DNA from: an uncultured Gammaproteobacteria bacterium
GTDB lineage: Bacteria > Patescibacteriota > Microgenomatia > UBA8517
NCBI GenBank assembly: GCA_964635715.1
Contig: CAZWNZ010000001.1
Coordinates: 10,358-74,357, forward strand
Reading direction: 5' to 3'
DNA: 64,000 bases
This document shows positions 30,857 through 40,685 of the stretch, in pieces. The notes under the pieces were generated by a model. That model ran no database searches. It was not told where the DNA came from and saw only the letters and a program-made list of their open reading frames with translations. Both the position numbers and the translations under genes were made by a program. How positions within the stretch are numbered: position 1 is the stretch's first letter; every line of letters starts with the position of its first letter.

Positions 30857-33070
30857 TTACTCGGGTTTCACATCTACGGTAATATTCTTGGAAATTCTTG
30901 GGATGGTTTTCAAAAATCCCGGGAACTTAATTTTTAAAACAATATCCGCATGGTCAAAACCCTGAATAGAATTTAAGTATGAGGTGGCAATAGTTGTTGT
31001 CTTGCCGGATATCGTACTTTTTATCTTTTCCGCATCAACCTCAGGTAGGAAGTTTCCACCCACCACAACATCATAAACGTAATTGCCGTCTTGTTCTTCC
31101 ACAAAAGTGAACCTGAAATCTATCTGATCTGAAGTTAATATATAACCCGACGGGGATTTGTCGCCCAAAATTCCCTTTGCATATTCTAGAATTTGCTCCC
31201 TTTCTACTACCAAACCGGTAGCGTTAATTGTCAAAGCAAGCTTCAAATTGCTCGCCTGATCTCCAACATCATAATCGAAAATCTCTTTGGCAACATCCAA
31301 TCCGGCCAGGTCATTAACAAAGAGCTCGTCTGCAGAAATTTTTGCCGACAATTCCGATTTTGCATTCTGGCTAAGTTCTGTTTTCAACCCCTCCTCAAGC
31401 TCCGTTTGATCATCTTTGCTAACCGCCGAAATTTGCTGGCTACTACCGCCACTAAAGTCTGCTGTAGATGTTGCAGCAACAAGAGATTTGGAATAATTTC
31501 CAACACTAAATACTTCGCCCTTGGCTAAATTGTAGGTCGATCCAATATCATAAGCTGTGACATTCACAGTTGCAGTACCTGGGGAACCCGGCAAAATTTG
31601 ACCGGATATAGAGGCTTCATTATTTGTCAAAAATTTGAAACCTGACGAAGAAGTTAAAACTGTTCCTGACGTGAGATTTATAGCAACGCTGTTCCCGTTG
31701 GCTATCTCCACCGAACCTGACGCTTTATCACCAATAAGTTTGGTTCCTGTGGTTGATTTTGTTTTCTCACCGGACACTTCGCTTGTTACGGTTTTTGCAG
31801 GAATGATGTTGTTTTCTTGATTAAATTGATCTTTCGTACTGAATGTAATCCGCGCGCTCTCTTCCGCTCTCTTGGATGTAACATAAATAGTCACTTTAGC
31901 AGTTTGTGCAAACCACCATAAGCCAGCCACAGCCAGTAGAGCTAATCCGAGAATGGATAAGACCACCATCGGGACTCTTTTTTTCCCGGTAGAATTAATA
32001 TTTGGCTTGGAAAACATCTTGGAGAAAGAGTGGAATAGCTGTTTAGATTTGGTGAAATAATCTATATGTCCTTTTTGCGGTTGTGTGATCGGCGCTTCTA
32101 CCTGCTGAAATGGAGCTTTGGGATAAACATCAGTTGGGGGCGATTGTACAGGAACAACATTTTGGACATCTTCATTTTTCATCGAAGAAACGTCTTCCTC
32201 CAAAGCAAATCCCAAACTTTCCGCAGTCACGGGCTTTGTCTCTTCCGGTTTTTCATTTATTTCCTCATATTGAGGCTCCTCAACTTCTTTATATTCAGAC
32301 TTTTCGCTGCTGACCACTCCTTTGACGTCTCCCATCTCTGCTCCACCCGCTAAAGCTGTTGCTAATACTTTTTTATCCACACTTAAGACCTCCACCTGAG
32401 GTGTGTGTAAAAAGCTGATTTTACCTTCGCCCCAATTAGCCTGAAGCAAAGTCTGTTTTGCCTCCTCAAGCTCGCCTTCTTTTCCGTCATAGACAATGAA
32501 CCTTGTTGGTAGGGGTGATATCCCCTCAAATCTTGAAAGCCCCTCAATCACGTCATCCACCAGAGACACACTTCTTGAAACTTCCGTTGTTCCTGCCAGT
32601 TCGCCAAGTTTAAATACCGAAATTTCTAAATTTTCACCACTGGTATTCAAAACAATCGCATTAAGAGGTGATGATTCCTCGGATTTATATAAGTGAGCAA
32701 TTGCCTCAGGTAAGACAACGAATCCAACAGGAGTCAGAGAAAGCTCTGTGCAAAGTTTTTTTATTTTAAGAAGATTCTCCGGAGAAATCACTCCATCTTT
32801 TACCCATGAAGTGGAAACCCCAAAAACCGTCTTTGATGGTTCCGGATAATCCTCGGGGAGTTTTTGTATTGCCGATGAAAGAGCTGCATCAGTCGCTTCA
32901 ACCAACTCCTCATCATTTTCCCACGGAATTCCCGCCCCTATCCCGACAACCTTTGCCTCACCCTCACCTATATACCAAATTCCGGATTGCACCAAACCTT
33001 TTTCTATTACAAGTGCCCAAAAAAGCTCAGGTGGACTTTCTTTACTTGTTATCAAATCTTTAAGGTTCAT
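30857..33070 (-). CDS. Membrane protein: actin/FtsA-like N-terminus, TM segment, baseplate-J-like extracellular domain
   Basis: Central TM; C-terminal GEKTKSTTGTKLIGDKASGSV..TAYDIGSTYNL..FSGGSS pattern seen in CPR baseplate J/gp47-like proteins. Confidence 0.55.
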   Translation of the reverse strand: MNLKDLITSKESPPELFWALVIEKGLVQSGIWYIGEGEAKVVGIGAGIPWENDEELVEATDAALSSAIQKLPEDYPEPSKTVFGVSTSWVKDGVISPENLLKIKKLCTELSLTPVGFVVLPEAIAHLYKSEESSPLNAIVLNTSGENLEISVFKLGELAGTTEVSRSVSLVDDVIEGLSRFEGISPLPTRFIVYDGKEGELEEAKQTLLQANWGEGKISFLHTPQVEVLSVDKKVLATALAGGAEMGDVKGVVSSEKSEYKEVEEPQYEEINEKPEETKPVTAESLGFALEEDVSSMKNEDVQNVVPVQSPPTDVYPKAPFQQVEAPITQPQKGHIDYFTKSKQLFHSFSKMFSKPNINSTGKKRVPMVVLSILGLALLAVAGLWWFAQTAKVTIYVTSKRAEESARITFSTKDQFNQENNIIPAKTVTSEVSGEKTKSTTGTKLIGDKASGSVEIANGNSVAINLTSGTVLTSSSGFKFLTNNEASISGQILPGSPGTATVNVTAYDIGSTYNLAKGEVFSVGNYSKSLVAATSTADFSGGSSQQISAVSKDDQTELEEGLKTELSQNAKSELSAKISADELFVNDLAGLDVAKEIFDYDVGDQASNLKLALTINATGLVVEREQILEYAKGILGDKSPSGYILTSDQIDFRFTFVEEQDGNYVYDVVVGGNFLPEVDAEKIKSTISGKTTTIATSYLNSIQGFDHADIVLKIKFPGFLKTIPRISKNITVDVKPE

Positions 33071-33153
33071 AAAATGTTAATAACTCAAAAATAATCGACA
33101 GAAATCTTAACTTAAATTAATAGTTTTTAGATATGGCTTTTAGTTATTCGCTT

Positions 33154-34983
33154 TTAGCTTTTAATTAAAGCGGCATATATTCTAATAATTCCTGCTCCAA
33201 TTTTCTCTTGTTTAATTATTCTAACATCCCCAATCTCACCTGTGCGAGTAACATGTGGTCCACCACACACTTCTCGACTGAAAGGAGATCCTGAGCGAGC
33301 TTCGCGAGTCGAAGGACCGATTGAATACACTTTTACTTCTTTTCCGTATTTTTCTGCAAAGAAGTGCATTGCGCCCAACTTTATTGCATCGGATAAACTC
33401 ATTGTAGTAAAACTCACTGGCAAATCTTCTTTTATCTTTTTATTCATCAGGTCCTCAACTTCTCCGACCTCTTCATCTGTAAGCTTTTGTGGATGAGAAA
33501 AATCAAATCTTAATCTTTCTGCAGTAATATGACTTCCTTTTTGTCCAACATGTTCACCCAACACTTCTCTTAGTGCCGCCTGCAATAAATGTGTAGCTGT
33601 ATGTAGTTTTGTAGTAACAATAGACGCCTCAGACAGTCCCCCCTTAAACATTCCAGCAGATGCACTTCTTGAGGCATCTTTGTGTTTTTCAAATTCCGTT
33701 TCAAAGGCATTTTTTTCTTCAGGAGAGAAACTAAAGCCATTTTGTTTTAGAATTTCTATAGTCAGCTCAAGGGGAAACCCTTCGGTTTGATAAAGATCAA
33801 AAGCGAATTCTCCATTAATTAATTTCCCGTCATTTACAGCTTTCGTTAATTTTCCAAGTCCCCGCTTTAATGCTGCTTCAAAACGAGTTGCCTCAGTTGT
33901 TAGATTCTCCTCAATAAATTGCCAATTTTTATCTACGTTGGGATAAAACTTTCTATACTCTTCTGCAATATGTGCGATAGCAAGCCCAGAAATTCCAGAT
34001 CCTAAAAGGTGAAAGTGAAACATTGCGCGCCTGATGAGTCTTCTTAATGCATAACCTTGAAGTTTGTTGCTTGGAACAACTCCCTCAGCAAGTAAATTTG
34101 TTGATGCCCGAAGGTGGTCTGCAATAATTCTAAAACTCCTATCTTTACTAGAGTCCGTGGAATAAGCTGTCCCAACTTCTTTTTCGATTTTTTGAATAAC
34201 ACCGATAAACATATCGATTTTGAAAACGTCTGGATTATCAACTAGAGCTGCTGCTGCTCGCTCCAGTCCGCCCCCAAAATCAACATTTTTTTGAGGAAGT
34301 TCTTTTAGAGACCCGTCCTCCATTTTTTGGTACTGCACAAACACTGAATTTCCTATTTCTAAAAATTTTCCACAGTCACAATTGGGATGGCAGAAGTCAC
34401 CAAACTTTGGGTCGTGGGGAACGTCGGTAAATTCATAAAAAATTTCACTATCAGGACCACCTATTTCTCCCGCTGGCATATTTGAGGGGACGCCAGCCCT
34501 ACTCCACCAATTTTTTTCTGGTCCATAAAAATGAATATGGGTTTCGGGAACACCCAGACCTTTCCATATTTCAAAAGATTCAGTGTCTTTTGGAACACCG
34601 TCTGTTCCTTCAAAAACGCTTACGTGTAGTCTTTCAGGAGAGATCCCTAATTCTTTTGTATAAAATTCCCACACAAAGGCAAGTTGTTCTTTTTTGAAAT
34701 AATCTCCCAAGCTCCAGTTGCCAAGCATTTCAAAAAAAGTTATGTGACGATTGTCCCCAACTTCCTCAAGATCCTGAAGCCTTAGTGAGGGTTGAGAATC
34801 TGTAAGTCTTACTCCTTCAGGATGTTTTTCCCCTTTCAAAAAAGGGACCAGTTGTTGCATTCCACTACTTGTAAAAAGGGTCGTTGGATCCCCTTCAATA
34901 ATAAGTGGGCTTGGAATAATTTCTTTATGTCCCTGCTTTTTAAAAAACTCTAAATATTTTTTCCTAATCTCTGTTGTAGTCAT
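33154..34983 (-). CDS. alaS: Alanine--tRNA ligase (short form)
   Basis: TTLFTSSGMQQ, HITFFEMLGNWS, HTATHLL, EVCGGPHV; start at MTTTEIR. Confidence 0.97.
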   Translation of the reverse strand: MTTTEIRKKYLEFFKKQGHKEIIPSPLIIEGDPTTLFTSSGMQQLVPFLKGEKHPEGVRLTDSQPSLRLQDLEEVGDNRHITFFEMLGNWSLGDYFKKEQLAFVWEFYTKELGISPERLHVSVFEGTDGVPKDTESFEIWKGLGVPETHIHFYGPEKNWWSRAGVPSNMPAGEIGGPDSEIFYEFTDVPHDPKFGDFCHPNCDCGKFLEIGNSVFVQYQKMEDGSLKELPQKNVDFGGGLERAAAALVDNPDVFKIDMFIGVIQKIEKEVGTAYSTDSSKDRSFRIIADHLRASTNLLAEGVVPSNKLQGYALRRLIRRAMFHFHLLGSGISGLAIAHIAEEYRKFYPNVDKNWQFIEENLTTEATRFEAALKRGLGKLTKAVNDGKLINGEFAFDLYQTEGFPLELTIEILKQNGFSFSPEEKNAFETEFEKHKDASRSASAGMFKGGLSEASIVTTKLHTATHLLQAALREVLGEHVGQKGSHITAERLRFDFSHPQKLTDEEVGEVEDLMNKKIKEDLPVSFTTMSLSDAIKLGAMHFFAEKYGKEVKVYSIGPSTREARSGSPFSREVCGGPHVTRTGEIGDVRIIKQEKIGAGIIRIYAALIKS

Positions 34984-35089
34984 GGCTAAAGTATAGTACA
35001 AATTGAATCTAGAATATAGAATTTCGAATTCAGTTAAAAAACCGCAGACAGAAAAGGCTTCTTTTTTCCTAGATTCCAGATTCTAATTA

Positions 35090-35326
35090 CTAGCTCCCAC
35101 CGTGGGTTTCAAGCTTTTTATTTTTATGAAGAATCTCCATTACTGAAGTTAATTTGTCCGGCCTAATTAATCCTCCTCCCAATATTGAATCTTCCAAAAG
35201 ACTGTTTAATCTTTTCACGGCACGCCGAAGATCAATAATTATCAGCATTACTTGGATACCAACAACAACCAAAAGAAAAGTCAGACTTATTACTACGACG
35301 ATTAAAAGTGTTTGAACTGAATCCAT
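35090..35326 (-). CDS. Small single-TM protein
   Basis: Hydrophobic N-terminus followed by a coiled segment. Confidence 0.65.
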   Translation of the reverse strand: MDSVQTLLIVVVISLTFLLVVVGIQVMLIIIDLRRAVKRLNSLLEDSILGGGLIRPDKLTSVMEILHKNKKLETHGGS

Positions 35327-35350
35327 AAGTTAGTAACTAGTTACTAGCCC

Positions 35351-35974
35351 CTAGTTTCTGACATTTATTTTGCGCGAAACTGTTGTTGTCTTGCCACTTC
35401 TGGATTGAGCAACAATCGTTATTTCTTCAGCACTGTCAGCAATCTCTATATTAACAGAAAATTTACCATCTTCATCTACCAATACCGGTTGATTGTCGAC
35501 GGTAATCTTAACATCTACATCCGTTGAACCAAAAACTAAAACCGAGTCACCAGCTATAATCTGTCCTTCTACAGGACTCACCACATTTATACTTGGAGGT
35601 GAAACAAATTTTTTATACTGGAAACCCAAATACCCAAGAATGAAAATAACAACAAGAGCAATTCCCAAAATAAACGTAATTCTGGGATTCCATGACTGTT
35701 TTGACGAGATATCAGGCTTAGGATTGATATTTGTTTTTGTTAAAGTGTAGTCCCGTTTAAGAATTGCTGTAGCCGTAGCTTCATCCACATCCAAGGCCGA
35801 AGCAATACTTTTAACGAATCCCAAAACAGTAGGAAAAGGCGGAAGCACCTGCCAATTTTCGTTTTCCAGATCTTTGATAAATGAAGCTTTAATTTTAGTA
35901 ATTTCCTCAAGCTTTTCGTAAGAGTACTTCTTTTCTTTTCGGGCACTAATAATTATTTGGCCAATTTTTCTCAT
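35351..35974 (-). CDS. RodZ-like HTH-TM-Ig-fold protein
   Basis: IGQIIISARKEKK..TKIKASFIKDLE..GFVKSIA; TM; beta-rich C-terminus; downstream of ftsK. Confidence 0.75.
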   Translation of the reverse strand: MRKIGQIIISARKEKKYSYEKLEEITKIKASFIKDLENENWQVLPPFPTVLGFVKSIASALDVDEATATAILKRDYTLTKTNINPKPDISSKQSWNPRITFILGIALVVIFILGYLGFQYKKFVSPPSINVVSPVEGQIIAGDSVLVFGSTDVDVKITVDNQPVLVDEDGKFSVNIEIADSAEEITIVAQSRSGKTTTVSRKINVRN

Positions 35975-35993
35975 GCTTTAAACTTGTTTAAAA

Positions 35994-36057
35994 TATATAA
36001 AACTTATCCTCTTATTGCAAACTTGTCTGCACGATTCTACCAATTAAGTTTTATATA
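35994..36057. repeat. ~62-bp dispersed element with terminal inverted repeats (copy 1)
   Basis: TATATAAAACTTA...TAAGTTTTATATA (13-bp IR); homologous to 44716-44776. Confidence 0.7.
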
Positions 36058-36136
36058 ATATAAAAAACCTTATAAAATTCACCCTATTGTAGACTTGCTC
36101 ACATAAATTCCTGGTAGAATTTCATATTACAATTCC

Positions 36137-38251
36137 TCATTCTTGAGCAGGAGGATTTTCAGAGGAAGTTAGAAAACTTTCGGCATTTTGAACTAAAACC
36201 TCACGAGGCTTACTGCTTCCATCACTTGCAGCAATAACTCCGGCCGCCTCTAATTGATCCACAATTCTGGCTGCCCTAGCATAACCGATTGAGAGTCTTC
36301 TTTGAAGTAATGAGGCCGACGCCCTGTCATATTGGCAAACAACTTTGACAGCCTCTTTAAAAAGATCGTCGACATCTCCTTCCACACCCGGAACAGTGGA
36401 AATGCCAGATTTTGTCATTGTAGTCACCTCCTCAGTATACTGGGCATTTACTCCTTGATCTTTCAAAAAGGAAGTCAGAGCCACAACTTCTTTATCACCA
36501 ATAAATGCCCCCTGAATTCTCATTGGCTTGGCCTGCTCTGGAGGCAAATAAAGCATGTCTCCTTTTCCAAGAAGTTTTTCTGCACCCTGAGTATCCAAAA
36601 TAACACGGGAGTCTATTTGTGAAGAAACCGCAAAGGCAATTCTCGAAGGTACATTGGCTTTAATAAGACCGGTAATAACATCCACAGATGGCCTCTGTGT
36701 TGCCAAAACCATATGTATTCCGGTGGCACGCGACATTTGGGCAATTCTGGTAATTGCATCTTCAACTTCAACCGGGGAGAAAAGCATAATGTCCGCAAGT
36801 TCATCAATAAAAAGTACTATATAAGGAAGAGCCTGAAAACCGGACATTTCATTGTAGCTTTCAATATTTCTTGCCCCCGCCTGAGCAAAAAGTTTATAAC
36901 GTCTGTCCATCTCCGCCATGAGCCACCTGAGGGCTGAGATGACCTTGTCTGGTTCAACAATTACAGGAGAAAGAAGATGGGGCAAACCATTGTAACGGGT
37001 TAACTCCACACGCTTGGGATCAACAAGAATAAACTTCACTTCTGTAGGGGCAGCTCTAAAAAGAAGTGATACTAGAAAAGCGTTTATACATACAGATTTT
37101 CCCGAACCAGTTTGTCCTGCGATCAAAACGTGAGGCATTTTTCCGATATCGGCAACTATTGGTTTACCGGAAACATCAAGCCCCAAAGCAACCTCAAGTT
37201 TTGATTTAGCTCCTTGCATTTCTTGCGCCTCCATAATTTTTCTTAACGGAACAAATTCAGGAGATTTGTTTGGAAGCTCAATTCCAACAAGATTTCTGCC
37301 TGGGATAGGCGCTTCTATTCTGATAGTTCCGGTTGGGGCAGAAAGGGCAAGTGCTAAGTCTCTTTCCAGGGAAGTAATCTTGGAAAGTTTTGTACCGAGG
37401 GCAACTTCAATCGCGTATTGGGTAACAGCCGGACCAAGATTCACCTCAACTACATTAGCAGTAATTCCAAAAGATTCTAAAGTTTTTTCGATTGTTGCAG
37501 CATTTCCTTTAATGTCGCCACGATCAGCTTTTCCGCCATCAAGACCACCTAAAATATCGAATGTTGGATATTTCCAAACAGCTTCTTCACCGGGGATATT
37601 GCTAACAAGTTTTTGTTCTAATGGTTCTTTTGGAGCAGAGGATACTGGAACTGCCCCGGGTTTGGGATTTCCAAATGTATTGAAGTTCCCTCCAGAAACT
37701 TTCATCTGACCCCTTGGAAGAGTTGCTCCTCCAATTTTAATTTGAGTTTTGTTCCCGTGAATATACACACCCGACTGTCGGATAAATTCTTTAAAAATTT
37801 TATAAACCTGATCTATCGAGGTGTTGAATAAAATTATCAAACCAATTATACCCAAACCCGTAAAAATAATTCCTGCTCCGACACCCATTACAAGTGCAGC
37901 GATGGCTTCCCAAACGATAGTACCCACAATACCTGCCCTACCTAAAGCTGTTAAGGAAAGAAAAAAAAGAAGTCCTCCAACAATCACATTAGGCTGACCT
38001 AAAATAAATTTAACTTTTGACAGCAAAAAAGCAAAAGAAAGAAAAATAAAGGGCAGTAAAATTGAAGACCATGAAAAATATTCTAAAAGGAAATCGTTAA
38101 ATTTCAGAAGGATCATTCCCTGCCGGGAAAAAGAAACCAAAATCAAACCCGCTATCGAAAAGAATATAACTTGAGAAATAGAAAACGCAGTTTCTTTTTT
38201 GAGCTTTAATCTAAACGACCTTTTTGTGAATCTCTTTCTTTTCTTACTCAT
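36137..38251 (-). CDS. ftsK: DNA translocase FtsK/SpoIIIE
   Basis: PHVLIAGQTGSGKS, IDELAD, LATQRPSVDVITG, gamma domain SASLLQRRLSIGYARAAR. Confidence 0.96.
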   Translation of the reverse strand: MSKKRKRFTKRSFRLKLKKETAFSISQVIFFSIAGLILVSFSRQGMILLKFNDFLLEYFSWSSILLPFIFLSFAFLLSKVKFILGQPNVIVGGLLFFLSLTALGRAGIVGTIVWEAIAALVMGVGAGIIFTGLGIIGLIILFNTSIDQVYKIFKEFIRQSGVYIHGNKTQIKIGGATLPRGQMKVSGGNFNTFGNPKPGAVPVSSAPKEPLEQKLVSNIPGEEAVWKYPTFDILGGLDGGKADRGDIKGNAATIEKTLESFGITANVVEVNLGPAVTQYAIEVALGTKLSKITSLERDLALALSAPTGTIRIEAPIPGRNLVGIELPNKSPEFVPLRKIMEAQEMQGAKSKLEVALGLDVSGKPIVADIGKMPHVLIAGQTGSGKSVCINAFLVSLLFRAAPTEVKFILVDPKRVELTRYNGLPHLLSPVIVEPDKVISALRWLMAEMDRRYKLFAQAGARNIESYNEMSGFQALPYIVLFIDELADIMLFSPVEVEDAITRIAQMSRATGIHMVLATQRPSVDVITGLIKANVPSRIAFAVSSQIDSRVILDTQGAEKLLGKGDMLYLPPEQAKPMRIQGAFIGDKEVVALTSFLKDQGVNAQYTEEVTTMTKSGISTVPGVEGDVDDLFKEAVKVVCQYDRASASLLQRRLSIGYARAARIVDQLEAAGVIAASDGSSKPREVLVQNAESFLTSSENPPAQE

Positions 38252-38279
38252 AGTCCAATCATTGTATATCGAAGTAGGT

Positions 38280-39935
38280 TTAAACCTCAACAACAACCGG
38301 TAATATCATTGGCCTCCTGCCGGTTTTTTGGAAGAAATATCTTTCCAGGAAATCGATAGAAATATTTTTAACAATATTTGAATTTATCTTTTTCTTCTTT
38401 TGAAGAGCTTTTACAAGCTCTCTCCCCGCGTCTTCCAAAACTTTTCCATACTTTTGTTCAAAGACAAATCCACGGCTTAAGATTTCCGGGTTTTCTGTTA
38501 AGATGCCTTCATTTCTATCAAAGTGAAGTATAGCTATAACAATTCCTTCTTTGGAAAGAATATGGCGATCTCTTAGAACTACATTCCCCACATCCCCGAT
38601 TCCCAATCCATCAACTAAAACTTCTTTAACAGGAATCCTACCGGATCGCTTGGCATAATTATTGGAAAACTCTACAACATCTCCTGATTCCAGTTCTAAA
38701 ACATCTTCCTCTTTTGCCCCCATGCTTCGGGCAATCATTCCATAAGCCCTCATATGTCTCACCGTACCCCCTATCGGAATAAAATATTTAGGTTTAATCA
38801 AAGCAAAAAGCATTTCAATATCTTTCTGGCACCCGTGGCCGGAAACATGAAGATCTTCCTGAGTATCGTAATAATGGACATCAACATTATCTTCAATAAG
38901 CTTATCTACAAGGTAATCAACATTAGCCTTACTCCCGGGAGGGGCTGGGTCGGCGGAAAATATTACCGCGTCCCCTTTTCCAACCGTCAAAAAATCATGT
39001 TCCCCGATTATTAAGCGGTAAAGGGCGCTTCCGGGTTGGCCATAACAACCGGAAATAATAAAAAGGAGCTGGTTGGGTTGCATTCTGATCGCCTGTTTAG
39101 ATTTAATTACTGCTCCATTTTCATAAAAAAGATAACCAAGATCTCTTGCAATTTCTGCTTTTCTCTCAATTGATCGGCCAACAAGAACAACTTTTCTGCC
39201 TAATTTTTGAGCCACATTTATTGTTTGTTGCATGCGGCTGATGTTTGAGGAAATTGTAGTTAAATATATCTTACCTTTAATTTTTCTTGCAACTGTTTCA
39301 ATTCTGTCTTCCAACTCTCTTTCACTTTCGGTATAGCCCGGAGATGTTGAACCGAGAGCATCGGACGCTAAAGCTAAAGCTCCGCCGGAAGCAAGAGTTG
39401 CCGCCTTAACTGCGTCAAATGGTCGGCCATCAACAGGAGTCCAATCAAATTTATAATCCGGTACATGGAACATCTTGCCTTCAGGAGTATCTATGCAAAA
39501 ACCTACTCCATCCGGAACCGAATGGCTAACCCTGAAAGGAGTCACTTTAAAAACGCCAAGGCTAAGCACATCACGCTCAGGATCAAAAACTTTAAGATTT
39601 GCATCCTTAATTTCATAATCGTCCAACTTGTCCTGAATAAAGCCTGCGACTAGTTTCGTGGAATATATCGGAACACTTACTTCTTTCAGAAGAAACGGAA
39701 GAGCTCCCAGGTGATCTTCATGACCATGGGAAACCAAAACCCCCCGGAGTTTGTTCTTGTTTTTAATAATGTACGAAAAATCAGGGATAACAAGGTCGAC
39801 CCCAAACATGTCGCTATCTGGAAAACCCACGCCGCAATCAACGATTATCATATCGTTCCCGTATTCATAAACATAAAGATTCTCCGTCACACCTGTGGTG
39901 CCGGATAATGCGATGAATTTGAGTTTATTTTGCAT
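38280..39935 (-). CDS. rnj: Ribonuclease J
   Basis: SHGHEDHLGA, HSVPD, HVSGHG, RRPMILPVVVEV. Confidence 0.95.
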   Translation of the reverse strand: MQNKLKFIALSGTTGVTENLYVYEYGNDMIIVDCGVGFPDSDMFGVDLVIPDFSYIIKNKNKLRGVLVSHGHEDHLGALPFLLKEVSVPIYSTKLVAGFIQDKLDDYEIKDANLKVFDPERDVLSLGVFKVTPFRVSHSVPDGVGFCIDTPEGKMFHVPDYKFDWTPVDGRPFDAVKAATLASGGALALASDALGSTSPGYTESERELEDRIETVARKIKGKIYLTTISSNISRMQQTINVAQKLGRKVVLVGRSIERKAEIARDLGYLFYENGAVIKSKQAIRMQPNQLLFIISGCYGQPGSALYRLIIGEHDFLTVGKGDAVIFSADPAPPGSKANVDYLVDKLIEDNVDVHYYDTQEDLHVSGHGCQKDIEMLFALIKPKYFIPIGGTVRHMRAYGMIARSMGAKEEDVLELESGDVVEFSNNYAKRSGRIPVKEVLVDGLGIGDVGNVVLRDRHILSKEGIVIAILHFDRNEGILTENPEILSRGFVFEQKYGKVLEDAGRELVKALQKKKKINSNIVKNISIDFLERYFFQKTGRRPMILPVVVEV

Positions 39936-39962
39936 ACTAATCTCCGATTACTAATTGTAAAT

Positions 39963-40637
39963 TTAAACAAGATTTATTTGTTCCGCTTTCGGAACCTCAT
40001 TTTTCTTATCTTGCCCTTCCGTAGCTTTACGCGAAGGATGGTCTTCCTTCATTTTACGCAATATTTCCTTTAATTGATAGAAGTCATTCTTTTCGGCTTC
40101 CAGAATGCTTCCGTTTCTAAGCGAGGCTGCAGGGTGATACATGGGAATTACAATAAATTTTTTATTATGCCAGGTAATTTCATATTTCTTTCCATGGACC
40201 TGTGAGATGAAAACATTAGGTAAAAACTTAGCCATAGAAAATCTGCCCAAAGTAATTATTACTTCCGGATTTATTATCTCAATAATCTGATCCAGATATT
40301 TGCCGTAAGCTTCAATTTCGTTCGGAAGTGGGTCACGGTTTTCCGGAGGTCTATGGTGAACAATATTTGTAATAAATACTTCTTTCCGTTCCAATCCGGC
40401 AAGAGGAAACAGTTTATCCAAAAGTTTGCCCGCTTGACCGACAAAAGGTTCCCCAATTTTATCTTCATTAAAACCCGGTCCCTCACCGATACAAAGAATT
40501 GAAGTTTCTGTATTTCCTGTACCAAAAACTAGTTTTGTAGCTCCTTTTTTAAGAGGAAGGGTTTCATCTTCATCCATCTTGTCTTTCAATAGGTGTAACA
40601 ATTTGTATCTATTTTTGTTTTTATTGTTTTTTTCCAT
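39963..40637 (-). CDS. Uracil-DNA glycosylase family 4-like
   Basis: IGEGPGFNED..PFVGQAG, RPPENRDP, YHPAA; the Fe-S cysteines appear absent. Confidence 0.88.
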   Translation of the reverse strand: MEKNNKNKNRYKLLHLLKDKMDEDETLPLKKGATKLVFGTGNTETSILCIGEGPGFNEDKIGEPFVGQAGKLLDKLFPLAGLERKEVFITNIVHHRPPENRDPLPNEIEAYGKYLDQIIEIINPEVIITLGRFSMAKFLPNVFISQVHGKKYEITWHNKKFIVIPMYHPAASLRNGSILEAEKNDFYQLKEILRKMKEDHPSRKATEGQDKKNEVPKAEQINLV

Positions 40638-40653
40638 AAAATTGATCCTAAAT

Positions 40654-40679
40654 ACTACATTACTATATAGTAATGTAGT
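40654..40679. promoter_or_regulatory. Solo perfect 26-bp palindrome matching the cassette-3 repeat
   Basis: ACTACATTACTATATAGTAATGTAGT; 24/26 identical to 49675-49700; 16 nt upstream of the udg ATG. Confidence 0.85.
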
Positions 40680-40685
40680 GGAGTA

